The notes under the pieces were generated by a model that saw only the letters and a program-made list of their open reading frames with translations, did not search any database and was not told where the DNA came from. The translations under genes were made by a program, and so were the position numbers. A stretch of 64,000 nucleotides of DNA from Promethearchaeota archaeon (GTDB lineage Archaea > Asgardarchaeota > Lokiarchaeia > Sigyniarchaeales > SOKP01), in assembly GCA_016926735.1 (NCBI GenBank), contig JAFGOA010000066.1:36675-100674 (forward strand). Direction: 5' to 3'. Of the stretch, positions 49,460-59,400 are shown piece after piece (position 1 is the first letter of the stretch; every line of letters starts with the position of its first letter).

Positions 49460-50347
49460 TCATAATTTTTTAATAATTATATCAAATTCTGAATTTATAC
49501 CTAGTTTCTCTGCTTTTTTTAGAATATATTCCTTTCTTTTAGTATATTTAATATGTAAAAGAGATAAAACCGGAATGAATAATCCAGTTATTATAAATGG
49601 CATTGAAGTCCATAAAGCGATCGTTCCATAAGTAGCTAAAGGATTACTAAAACCTATTGCTGTTATTAAATTGCTATGAAATTGATAAAAAGTAAAAATT
49701 ACAGAAATCCCAGCATATCCTCTAATAACATTAAGAATCCAAGACCCTACATTTTGAACATGAGTATTTTTCTCTTTTTCTTTATTTCTTATGAATATAA
49801 TACCCGAGTCAATTAAAAAATATATAGCAGTAAAAATTGCTACGGAAATAATTGCAGTAATACCAATTAATGGGATCAATGTCATCATAGTGATAACTGC
49901 ATTATTTGTAGAACCTAACATAGAGGGTTTTATAAAGAATTCTCTTATAGTAGGAATCTCAGCTAATATTAAGGATAAATTTATGCAAAATAGAGCTGGA
50001 AAAAAAATTCTTAAGAAATTTAATTTAATTGCTCTATTTTCTTGACAATTTTCAATACCATATTCATACTTTGATTTGTAAATAGTTCTATGTAATCTAA
50101 GAAAAAAAGGTGAAATAATATATGCAATAAAAAACCCAATAAATGGTGCTGTAAAATATAGTATTGAAAAGAGATCTATATCCAAAAAGAGGTCATGAAA
50201 TAGAGAAAAGCGATATATATCATTTGATGGTAAAAAAATACCAAAAATTATGCCATTTATTAATAAAATTGCTCCAATTATTAAATAAATAAAAATCCAT
50301 TTTACTTCTTTAGAGATTGTCATGTTATTAAAACCATTATAATTCAT
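49460..50347 (-). CDS. Hypothetical multi-pass membrane protein
   Basis: About 6 hydrophobic segments; LIDSGI and GYAGIS motifs. Confidence 0.7.
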   Translation of the reverse strand: MNYNGFNNMTISKEVKWIFIYLIIGAILLINGIIFGIFLPSNDIYRFSLFHDLFLDIDLFSILYFTAPFIGFFIAYIISPFFLRLHRTIYKSKYEYGIENCQENRAIKLNFLRIFFPALFCINLSLILAEIPTIREFFIKPSMLGSTNNAVITMMTLIPLIGITAIISVAIFTAIYFLIDSGIIFIRNKEKEKNTHVQNVGSWILNVIRGYAGISVIFTFYQFHSNLITAIGFSNPLATYGTIALWTSMPFIITGLFIPVLSLLHIKYTKRKEYILKKAEKLGINSEFDIIIKKL

Positions 50348-50384
50348 AATGTTCTATTAAGAATTGTATATAATTTTAATGATA

Positions 50385-50585
50385 TCAACAAATTATAACA
50401 ATTCGTGGCGATAACACCATCGCCTCTATTCCCTTACCAATAAAGGTTTTGGGAACTACTTTTCTTAGGATATTTATTGCAGCATTCATATCCTCATTGA
50501 TTTTAATCTCTTTCCTTGATTTAGATTAACCTCGTTTGATTCATTTATCTATATATCTATCATGCTTCCCTATTGGTTCATTATC
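50385..50585 (-). pseudogene. tnpB: Decayed 3' fragment of IS200/IS605-family tnpB
   Basis: One frame reads DNEPIGKHDRYIDK*IKRG*SKSRKEIKINEDMNAAINILRKVVPKTFIGKGIEAMVLSPRIVIIC*, matching the TnpB C-terminus (RuvC-III D.NAA.NIL) with two nonsense codons. Confidence 0.85.
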
Positions 50586-50754
50586 GCCTCTCCAGTTTTC
50601 ATACTTTATATCTAATTTTTTATAAGTATTTATATGTTTGACCCCTTTAATTTTCTATATTATTGATTTTTTAAGTAGTTAGAAAAAGGTTATTATTAAT
50701 AAATATTAGCTAAACTTCATTAAAATGATTATTTTTAGGAATTTAATCTGATTT

Positions 50755-51624
50755 TTAAAGAAAATTATAACCTTTGATTATATCCTCAGCTTTATTGATA
50801 ATCATATCTTCTATAAATTCTTTAATTGAAATTATTTTATCACAATGACCAGCAGCCATAGATGGACCCAATGATTCTTTTAAAGAATTATAGAATGTTT
50901 TTTTATGAAATTTCTCATCAAATATATTTTGTTTTATTATTTTTTTTTTCCAATAATCTGAAGCAAGACTTTCCTTTGTTGCCATAATTGCCGTTCCAAA
51001 ACAAACTGCATCTGCACCCATAAAAAGAGCACCTAAAAATCCCCTTGCATCTCCAATTCCTCCCGCAGCAATAATAGGTACATTTAATAACTTTTTCCCC
51101 ATCGTTATGTTGACAAGAGTAATATTCTGATACGGATTTTTAAAACCAGTTCCTTCCATTCCTACAAGGGTTATTGCATCTACTCCTGCCTTTTCTGCAG
51201 ATTGTGCATGTTTTATTGTAGAACATTTATGAAACCAAAAACATTTAGCCTCATGAATTTTCTTTCCTAATAGTTTTGCACTATAAGCCGAAGTTGTGAA
51301 AATTTTTACTCCTTTTCTAATTGCTGCGTCTAAATAATCTAAATATGAATGCTCAACTCTTCCAACACTTTTAATATTTTGATTAGAACTAGGAGGTGAT
51401 ATCGTAAAATTAATTCCCCAAGGTCTATTTGTTAAATTATTTACTTTATCAATTTCATTCTCAAACTCATCAACTGTTTTAAAATTTATTGCAGTTAATA
51501 TACCCAAGCCTCCAGCATTTGAGAATGCAGCAGTAAATTCTGCTTTACCAATTGTAGTAAATGCACCCATAATTATTGGATACTCAATTTTTAACATTTC
51601 AGTTATTTTAGTTTGCCATTTCAC
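50755..51624 (-). CDS. Nitronate monooxygenase / FabK-like FMN oxidoreductase
   Basis: IEYPII, SNAGGLG, GMEGTG, PIIAAGGIGDARG, MGADAV.FGT. Confidence 0.85.
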   Translation of the reverse strand: MKWQTKITEMLKIEYPIIMGAFTTIGKAEFTAAFSNAGGLGILTAINFKTVDEFENEIDKVNNLTNRPWGINFTISPPSSNQNIKSVGRVEHSYLDYLDAAIRKGVKIFTTSAYSAKLLGKKIHEAKCFWFHKCSTIKHAQSAEKAGVDAITLVGMEGTGFKNPYQNITLVNITMGKKLLNVPIIAAGGIGDARGFLGALFMGADAVCFGTAIMATKESLASDYWKKKIIKQNIFDEKFHKKTFYNSLKESLGPSMAAGHCDKIISIKEFIEDMIINKAEDIIKGYNFL

Positions 51625-51827
51625 TATAGATTACTCCTTATTTTTCAAATAAAGTGAATTTAAACATATTAAAACCTTATTTATAATTTATAAAATTCTT
51701 TATGAAATATTTACTTTCTATCATTTACATCCTCAGATTTTACCTCAAAAAACAAAAAAGATATAATATTTATCATTTTTTTAATTTTTAAACATTTTAT
51801 TCTCAAATAACAAAATTTTTATAAAAA

Positions 51828-52736
51828 TTGCAAGAAAAAAGGAAAAAAATCAAGGAGATCAATTTAAATTCCAATTTTAATCAATTAAATGAAAAATCAA
51901 GGAATTATATAGAGGACGTATTAATATTAATTAAAAAAATTATAGGATTTGAGGATTTATATAGTATTATAGTGTTTGGTAGCCAGATTCTTGGTAAGGA
52001 GGAAGATTCCCCTATATCTGATTGTGATCTTTTACTGATATTTAATGATGATACTCAGAAAACAAAACTGAAATCATTAGAAAAATATTTGATCTCTTTG
52101 GAGATAAAACATAATTATCAAGAATTTAATCATAATTTCATAAAAAAAGTTTTATTTTCGCTCCATTATTCTACTGGAATGTTTAAAAGTCATTTTATAA
52201 CAAAAAGGAAATATTGTGAAAAAGCTATTTTTCATAAAATTTTTAGAGTTAATAGATTATTTAGTTTTCTTTTTGCGCCAGAAAGAATTGTATTAAACAG
52301 TGTTATTAATAATCATAAGGAATTATATGGTCCTTCTTTAAATGAATTAATAATAAAAGACCGGATTCCAAATCATTATGATGTATTAAAAAATCTTATT
52401 ATGACATTATTAATATCTTTTTTTGCAATTGCAATACTTCCTTTTAAAAAGCTTAACGCAATGAAATATCAACTAGAGGCAATTAAATGGTCTTTAAGAG
52501 CTTCTAACTATTATCTTTATAAAGATTCAAAATCCTTGAAATTAATAATTAATCAATTTCTAGATAATGAAAATCTTAAAAAAAAAAAGAATCACAGGAT
52601 CTTTTTCAACATCTTTCTTGATCTGAGAAATAAAATCAAGAAAAACATTAATTTTATGCTCAAATCTCCTTTAGAAATTTTTAATATTCATAAAAATGCT
52701 TTCCATTATAAAAATTTATATAAAGATAAGAAATAA
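51828..52736 (+). CDS. Pol-beta-type nucleotidyltransferase-domain protein
   Basis: IIVFGSQ...SDCDLLLIF, followed by a helical C-terminal region. Confidence 0.7.
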   Translation: MQEKRKKIKEINLNSNFNQLNEKSRNYIEDVLILIKKIIGFEDLYSIIVFGSQILGKEEDSPISDCDLLLIFNDDTQKTKLKSLEKYLISLEIKHNYQEFNHNFIKKVLFSLHYSTGMFKSHFITKRKYCEKAIFHKIFRVNRLFSFLFAPERIVLNSVINNHKELYGPSLNELIIKDRIPNHYDVLKNLIMTLLISFFAIAILPFKKLNAMKYQLEAIKWSLRASNYYLYKDSKSLKLIINQFLDNENLKKKKNHRIFFNIFLDLRNKIKKNINFMLKSPLEIFNIHKNAFHYKNLYKDKK

Positions 52737-53239
52737 GAAGATTTGTTTGTAGCAATAATAAAAAGGAGAAATAGAAAAAGAAGGAAATAACCGTCAAAAT
52801 TTTTAAAAGAAATGAAATGTCGGTATATGTTTTAGATATTATAAATAAGGCGGACTAATTTTTAGTTCCTTCTTTTTCAATATCATTATTTGATATATAA
52901 TTTAATAAAAATAAATATAAATTTAATGTAAATAAACTATTGAGTACTATTTTCTATTATATAGTATTATCCATTTAATATCTTTAAGAATTTATCTCAA
53001 ATCAAATTATTGTTAATCAAAATAGATTCAAAATTACTCATCATCAATTGATAATCTAAATTTGAATTATTAAATTCAGTAACAGGATGTCATAAAAATT
53101 GTATTTTTTTTTTAATCTTAATAATTTTTCTTGTTTTTCATAGTACAATAGAAGATTACGATAAATTTTTATATCAAACATACTTTCTCAAACCATAGGA
53201 ATATAATCAATTTATTGTAGTCTAATTTTACTTTAAAAG

Positions 53240-53554
53240 GTGTTAAAAATAAGCGATTGTTACGATAAAATATTGAAACATTATTATGAAAAACTAAAAG
53301 ATAATTATTTTGAAATTAATGATGAGACATGGATATATAATGCAAATTACTTAAGAGAACTAATTAATAAGCTAGATAAAAAAATAAATAATTATGAGAA
53401 GATAAAGAATTGTTTACTTTTATTGATAAATTTATGTTTTGGTGTTGATGAGCCAGTTTATTTTGGAACTCAAGGGAAATCATCAGAAGACCTCACAAAT
53501 TCAGAAAAAGAGGATTATAAAACATTATTGAAAGAAGAAATTTTATTATGTTAA
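53240..53554 (+). CDS. Hypothetical protein
   Basis: 104-aa ORF with protein-like composition, followed by a T-tract. Confidence 0.6.
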   Translation: MLKISDCYDKILKHYYEKLKDNYFEINDETWIYNANYLRELINKLDKKINNYEKIKNCLLLLINLCFGVDEPVYFGTQGKSSEDLTNSEKEDYKTLLKEEILLC

Positions 53555-53601
53555 CTTTTTTATATACTTTCATTTTCATTAAAAAAAAGTCTAAAATTTG
53601 T

Positions 53602-55869
53602 TTAAAATACATTTAATTCTTTTAATTCATATATTTTATCAAATTCTAAGAATATTTTATCAATATAACTTATTTCTGAAAGCAATTTTTCTTTTGTTTC
53701 TTTATCATAATCGAAAGTATCCAGTATTATTTGATAGAAATTAACATTATATTCAGAAGTTAAATCGGATATTTTCTCTAGATTTTGTCTTTTAATCCCA
53801 TGTTCCTCTAAATGGTTTAAAATTCCTTCAAATTGATCTCGTAAATTTTGTGTTGCCCATAATGCTTTTTTTGTCTTTTTATACAGTTCTAATTCTTTCT
53901 CATAAATAAAAGAATCTTCATCGGACAAATCAGCTTTAGAATGAACATTATCTATTCTCTCACTAAGAAGTTGTCTTACTCGGTCATAAATTCTTATTGC
54001 ATCATAAATTTTGCTCAAAGATTTTAATAAATCAGCTCTTCTCATAAGAGTTGCTTCAATAATTTTAATATATGCATCTTCATAATAAGTTTGGATTGTA
54101 CCAAATGTTGACTTTTCTAAAATTCCAATTTTTAATTTAATTTGTTCTAGATCTTTATAGAGATTATCTTTTTCAGTTTCAGTAAGGTCACGTTGATCTA
54201 AATTTTTATAGATGATTTTAGTAGAATCTTTTATAGCACTTGCTTTTTCTCCAAGATCACATGCTTTATTTGTTATATTTGTCATACTTCTAAATTCACC
54301 TTCTCTTTCACAGAATTTTAAGATTCGAATTCCATCATCTATTAATTTAAGAAATTTTTCTTTATCATTTCTAATATAATATTTGGCATCTTGGATTTTT
54401 TGTATAGCTCTATCCATTTGAATATCCAATTCAAAAATATAGTCAATTAATGTTATTTGCTTTCTTTCTTGGAGTATTTGTGATTTTTTATCCATATCTT
54501 TTGTAACATTTTTCCCAGCAAAAAACCATAAAATTCCAGCAGGAAGCCAGAAAAAGATTGAAAATTCTAATGTAATAAACATATTTCCTAAAAAGGAGAT
54601 AAGCATAAAAGATAATAAGAGTGTTATTCCTTTTCCAATCTGTTCAGATAAATTAAAGAATGATGCAGCAGTCCCTTTATGTTCAGGTAGATTAACATCA
54701 ATCATAACAGCATTACGATTCGCAACAGGTCCTGCACTAAGAAAAGATGCTAAAAAAGCAAATACAAAGAAATAAATAAATTGAGGATATTTAGTAAAAA
54801 TTTGACCAATCGTTTTAAACAGATAAGAAAAGGTCTCTGATTTTGGAAATGGTTCTGGATAAACTATATCTAATTTTGTTATATCTACAGGAACCAAGAG
54901 ATATAACATTAAAAGACCAGTTGGTATTGCTAATAACATACATATAGTTGATAATCTAACCCTATTTTTTCTATTTCTTCGATATAAAACATCCCCTAGT
55001 TGAGAAAGAACAATATTACCAATAAGATATCCAATTCCAATTAAAGCTGCGAAAACAGCAGCAGTCTGCCCGCTTATTGCTGCAGGTATATCATAAAAAT
55101 AATAAGTTATTAATATTGATTGTATAAAATATATTAAAATTGTCCCAGGAATAATTGAAAAAAATCCTTGTATAATCAGGTATAAATTAGTTTTTTTTCC
55201 TATTATTTGTTTTAAATCTTTTTTAGATATTCTAAAACTATATTCTAAATTTAAATCAGATAATTCCATTAACTCGGCTTCGCTTGTTCCTCTATAAGGA
55301 AGTTTAATAAATAGAAGTAAAATAATAATAACAACACTTATAGCAGAGAGAAGAAAAAATGGAAATCGCCAGTCAAATATTGGACCTAAAAATCCTGATA
55401 ATCCTTGACCAATAGCGTTTGAAATTGCACTTAAAATGGCTAAGATTCCAAACCAACCGGAACGCTCGTCTGGAGGTATAGCATCTGAAATTATTGAATA
55501 CCCTATTGGTAAAACACATCCAAGTCCAGCTCCACTCAACATTCTTGAGGTTATAAGAATTTGGAGGTTTGGAGAAATTCCTGTTAAAATCATTCCAATT
55601 GTCCATGAAACTGCACCTGCAAAAAGAATTGTGGTTCTATTAAATTTATCTGCATAATAGCCCCAAATTAATGCGAAGAATGCACTAATCAATACAAATA
55701 ATGCATCTGGAATTGCTATAATAGCCTCTTCAATATTAAATTCTGCTATTATCGCGCTATAACTAGGAATTAACATGCTAGAACAAGCAATTGATACAAA
55801 TAAAAGTAAGCAAACTAATAGAATAGGAATTATATCCTTCTTCTGTATTTTTGTGATAGGAATTGCAAT
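53602..55869 (-). CDS. MFS transporter fused to ~290-aa soluble helical C-terminal domain (start extended upstream)
   Basis: WGYYADKFNR motif A, ISDAIPPDERS, WRFPF, DVNLPEHKGT. A TM1-like segment lies in-frame upstream of ATG 55776. Confidence 0.8.
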   Translation of the reverse strand: MAIPITKIQKKDIIPILLVCLLLFVSIACSSMLIPSYSAIIAEFNIEEAIIAIPDALFVLISAFFALIWGYYADKFNRTTILFAGAVSWTIGMILTGISPNLQILITSRMLSGAGLGCVLPIGYSIISDAIPPDERSGWFGILAILSAISNAIGQGLSGFLGPIFDWRFPFFLLSAISVVIIILLLFIKLPYRGTSEAELMELSDLNLEYSFRISKKDLKQIIGKKTNLYLIIQGFFSIIPGTILIYFIQSILITYYFYDIPAAISGQTAAVFAALIGIGYLIGNIVLSQLGDVLYRRNRKNRVRLSTICMLLAIPTGLLMLYLLVPVDITKLDIVYPEPFPKSETFSYLFKTIGQIFTKYPQFIYFFVFAFLASFLSAGPVANRNAVMIDVNLPEHKGTAASFFNLSEQIGKGITLLLSFMLISFLGNMFITLEFSIFFWLPAGILWFFAGKNVTKDMDKKSQILQERKQITLIDYIFELDIQMDRAIQKIQDAKYYIRNDKEKFLKLIDDGIRILKFCEREGEFRSMTNITNKACDLGEKASAIKDSTKIIYKNLDQRDLTETEKDNLYKDLEQIKLKIGILEKSTFGTIQTYYEDAYIKIIEATLMRRADLLKSLSKIYDAIRIYDRVRQLLSERIDNVHSKADLSDEDSFIYEKELELYKKTKKALWATQNLRDQFEGILNHLEEHGIKRQNLEKISDLTSEYNVNFYQIILDTFDYDKETKEKLLSEISYIDKIFLEFDKIYELKELNVF

Positions 55870-56175
55870 CTTTACTCTTTATTTATATTCCAGATTATTT
55901 AATAATAGAGTTAGAACTATTAAATGTTTATCCTCGAATCTATAATTAATACAATATAAATCTAGATTGAATATCTGATATTTTGGAGAATTAAAGATAT
56001 CATGATAGATTCCATTTTTTTCTATTTTTTGAAAATTCAAATATTAATATATTGATATTTTTTAATTTTTGTAAGGTTTTAGTCCTAATCATTTTATAAA
56101 CTATATTCATAATTATATTTTATATTCAGTTTTGTCCCATATACTTTTAAATAGAGAAAAAAATAAGTAATAAAT

Positions 56176-56409
56176 ATGTTTTTAAATTTCCCTCAAAAAT
56201 TGGATCTTACAGAATTATATTTAAGAAATCCTAAATTTTGTAGAATTATCCTAAATAATAATTCTGTAGATACAAATCAATGTAGATTTATTCCTAGAAA
56301 TAATTTGCAAATTATGCAAATACTAAGAATTAGAACTATTTTTAAGGAATTAAAGTTAGACTTTTTTTCTTTAAATATACAAATATCTAATTTTTTTAAT
56401 AAAATTTAA
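56176..56409 (+). CDS. Possible small protein preceding the second giant gene
   Basis: ATG-initiated 77-aa ORF ending 6 nt before the next ATG; no recognisable motif. Confidence 0.3.
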   Translation: MFLNFPQKLDLTELYLRNPKFCRIILNNNSVDTNQCRFIPRNNLQIMQILRIRTIFKELKLDFFSLNIQISNFFNKI

Positions 56410-56415
56410 TAAAAA

Positions 56416-59400
56416 ATGATTAAAATGAAGAAAGAAACTTTAAATGAAATTAATCTAAAACGTTTAGAAGAGAGTAATAAAGGTCCATTTTGGAGAAATA
56501 ATCCTGAGATTCAGAATTTCCCATTAGTTCATTATAAAAGACCAATAAAGAGAGTAGAATGGAAAAAGAAGAATATTGCAGGAAATATGGATAGTGAAAC
56601 TAAATCTCAGTATAATACTACATCTTCTATAACAATAAATCTTGTTAGTGAAATTAAACAATCATGCCTATTATTTCGCAGAAAGGTAAGTATTTCCAAC
56701 ATTAGACAAAAATATGACTCATTCAAATCAAAACTACATTCTTCGATAGGTAAAGTAATAGAATCAGATAAGATAACAAAATGGAGTGCTGGGATATCTC
56801 TTTTTGCTCCTCTAATTTTTATGATTTTCTATATATTATCTTGCGGATATAGTCTCCCATCTCAAATGATTCATAATTTCTCTTGGTTTGCTTTAGTTAA
56901 TATTTTCTTTCTCACATACATATATCTTTATAATTATAATAGGATATTACATTTTAGATATAAACTTTTTATATTACTATCGTACGTTATAGAAATTTCC
57001 TTTAGTTTTCAGATCATTTTTAATCATTCAATTATTATTTGGTCTGTATTTACGCCTCTTATATTAACACTTCACTTTTTTCTGTCAAGAAATCAGGAAA
57101 AAAGTAATTTTCAAAAATTGAGAAATAGCATTGTAAATTTCTATTTGGGTTTTGTAATACTGGGGTTATTCATATTTAGCTCCGGAATAACAATTCTTTA
57201 TAATTATACTGGAGCAATAAATAAGAACTTATCTCTCTATTTTCTTGCATTTGAGTATGTTATTATAATAATTTATCTTACACAACGATGTTTAAATGTT
57301 CAAAGAAAGCGAATTGTTATAATATTTATAGTATTTATTCTAAGTTTTCTTTCTTTAAGCATTTATTCATTATTTCTTATTGGAAAAGAATCTACTTCTT
57401 TCTTTATTTTTCCTGTATTGATTATTCTAAGCGAAATATTATATAGAAATAAATCTAAATTAGATATTTATTTTACAAAATTAGAAAAGAGTTTTTCGTT
57501 CTTATATACGATAAGAAAGAATGACTTTATGCTATATTCTAATCTTACTTTGTTTAGCATTACAATTATTCTATTTTTTACTTATCCACCATTTGTAATC
57601 ATTCCAATCCTTCTAATGATAATTCCTTCAATAGTCTTTTCAATAAAAAGTAAGTCCCGTCTAAAAAGGAATGTTAAAATCGCAAAACGAACTTCCAATA
57701 AAGTTGTTAAAGCTTTAGGATTACCTGAACAAAAACTAAATAAGCAATTATTTCAAGAACGTCTTGAAGGGAAAAACCAAGTAGCAGCAGTATTGGTTTT
57801 AATATTCTTAATTATCTTACCTATTTTGTTCACTTTGCAGTCAATTATTACTATTGACTCTCCATTAATCGAATCTTCAAGAATCAATAGATCACAACGA
57901 ATTAATTCTGATAAAATTGATTATAATAATTTAGATTTTGGAAATATTGATGAAATGGATAGTCTTTCCATAAATGATATGTTTGTGACCAGATGTATCT
58001 CCTCAATAAGTTTAACAGAATCAGCTCAAATGTTTTATAGATTCTATCCTCAAGACGATGTGCATCACGTAGAAGGCATGTTAAAAAGAAATTTTTATGA
58101 TTTTCTGAGTGGATATCTCATAGGTCCTCAAAAAGATAGTTATATTTATACAGACATTAAGTTGGATCAGCAAAATCTATTGCCTGGAACATATAAAGTT
58201 CAGGCAATATATAGTGTTCTTAATTGGTTTAATACCCATAGAAGCCAACCAGTTGAATTTATGGTGACTTTAGAAAAAGATGATCTTTCAGTGAAGGGTA
58301 ATAATCCCTATAATTTCGAAGTAGATTATGGAGCAGTATATACAATTGATTATAATGACCATTGGTCAGTTATATATAATGGTAAAGTTTTAAATTCAGC
58401 AGGAAAACCTTTTACAAATAAAAATATTACATTATATCTTGAAAAGAATAATAGATATCAAGAACTTACGACTCTTCTTACAGATGAAAACGGGAATTTC
58501 TATCATGAAGAACAAGTATATGGTTCATTTGAAATTAATGCTCTTGCTAAAATAGAGTATGAAGGAGATGGGCTTTATAACAAACTAGTTTACAATGAAT
58601 ATGCTGGTCTTGAAACTTCTGTTGAAGGAGATCGCTTCTTTATTGATGAAAATAAAGATGGTATTCCTGAATGGCCTTTTACTCTTTATGATTTAATAAA
58701 TGCACTTCAAGATTCAGGAGAAAATCCGCAAGTAGAACCAATTTTAAAATTTGAAATTGGAAAGATCACCCTTGACAAATCAATAGATAAAGGATTGATT
58801 TTTGATGTTATTTTTGACAATGAATATGTAGATCCTGTTGTAATTGCATATATCCAAACTCGAAATGGCGCTCAAAGTGTACAAGTACGTGTTACAGATA
58901 TAACTTCTACAAGTTGTTCCATATTTATGGAAGAAAATGATAATGAAAATCATAATTCTGAAGATATTGGGTATCTGATTATGGAAAGAGGATCTTGGGA
59001 ATTACCCGATGGAACAAAAGTAGAAGCTGGAAAGATAATTACAGATAATACACATATCCATGAAACACCATTCGGTGGTGTAAAGGTTGATTTTACTCAA
59101 AATTTTGCATCAACACCAATAGTGCTTCACACATTGGACACATATAATAATTTAGATTTTACCCATTCAATCATTCATGATGTTAATTCTTCTTCTTTTA
59201 TGATTCAACAGGAAACGGGAAAATCACCTATTACAACTACAGAAGAAACAATTGGATGGATTGCAATTGATGCAAATGTTAATGGGTATATAGAAGGTAT
59301 CAAATATGAAACAGGTCTTATTAATGATAATATCGCAGATGGTATTGATGAGTCAGAACAGATAATTACCTATTCACACTCTTTTTCAGAAATTCCTATT

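Noticed and set aside
50378-50428. Resemblance of GGCGATGGTGTTATCGCC to the fluoride riboswitch 5' end
   Set aside because: The conserved 3' CUGAUGAC..C segment is missing, the downstream gene is not crcB/eriC-like, and the motif lies inside a tnpB 3' end, which explains the structure.
51828-53554. Nucleotidyltransferase plus small ORF as an MNT-HEPN toxin-antitoxin pair
   Set aside because: The genes are 500 nt apart and the small protein has no RxxxxH motif.
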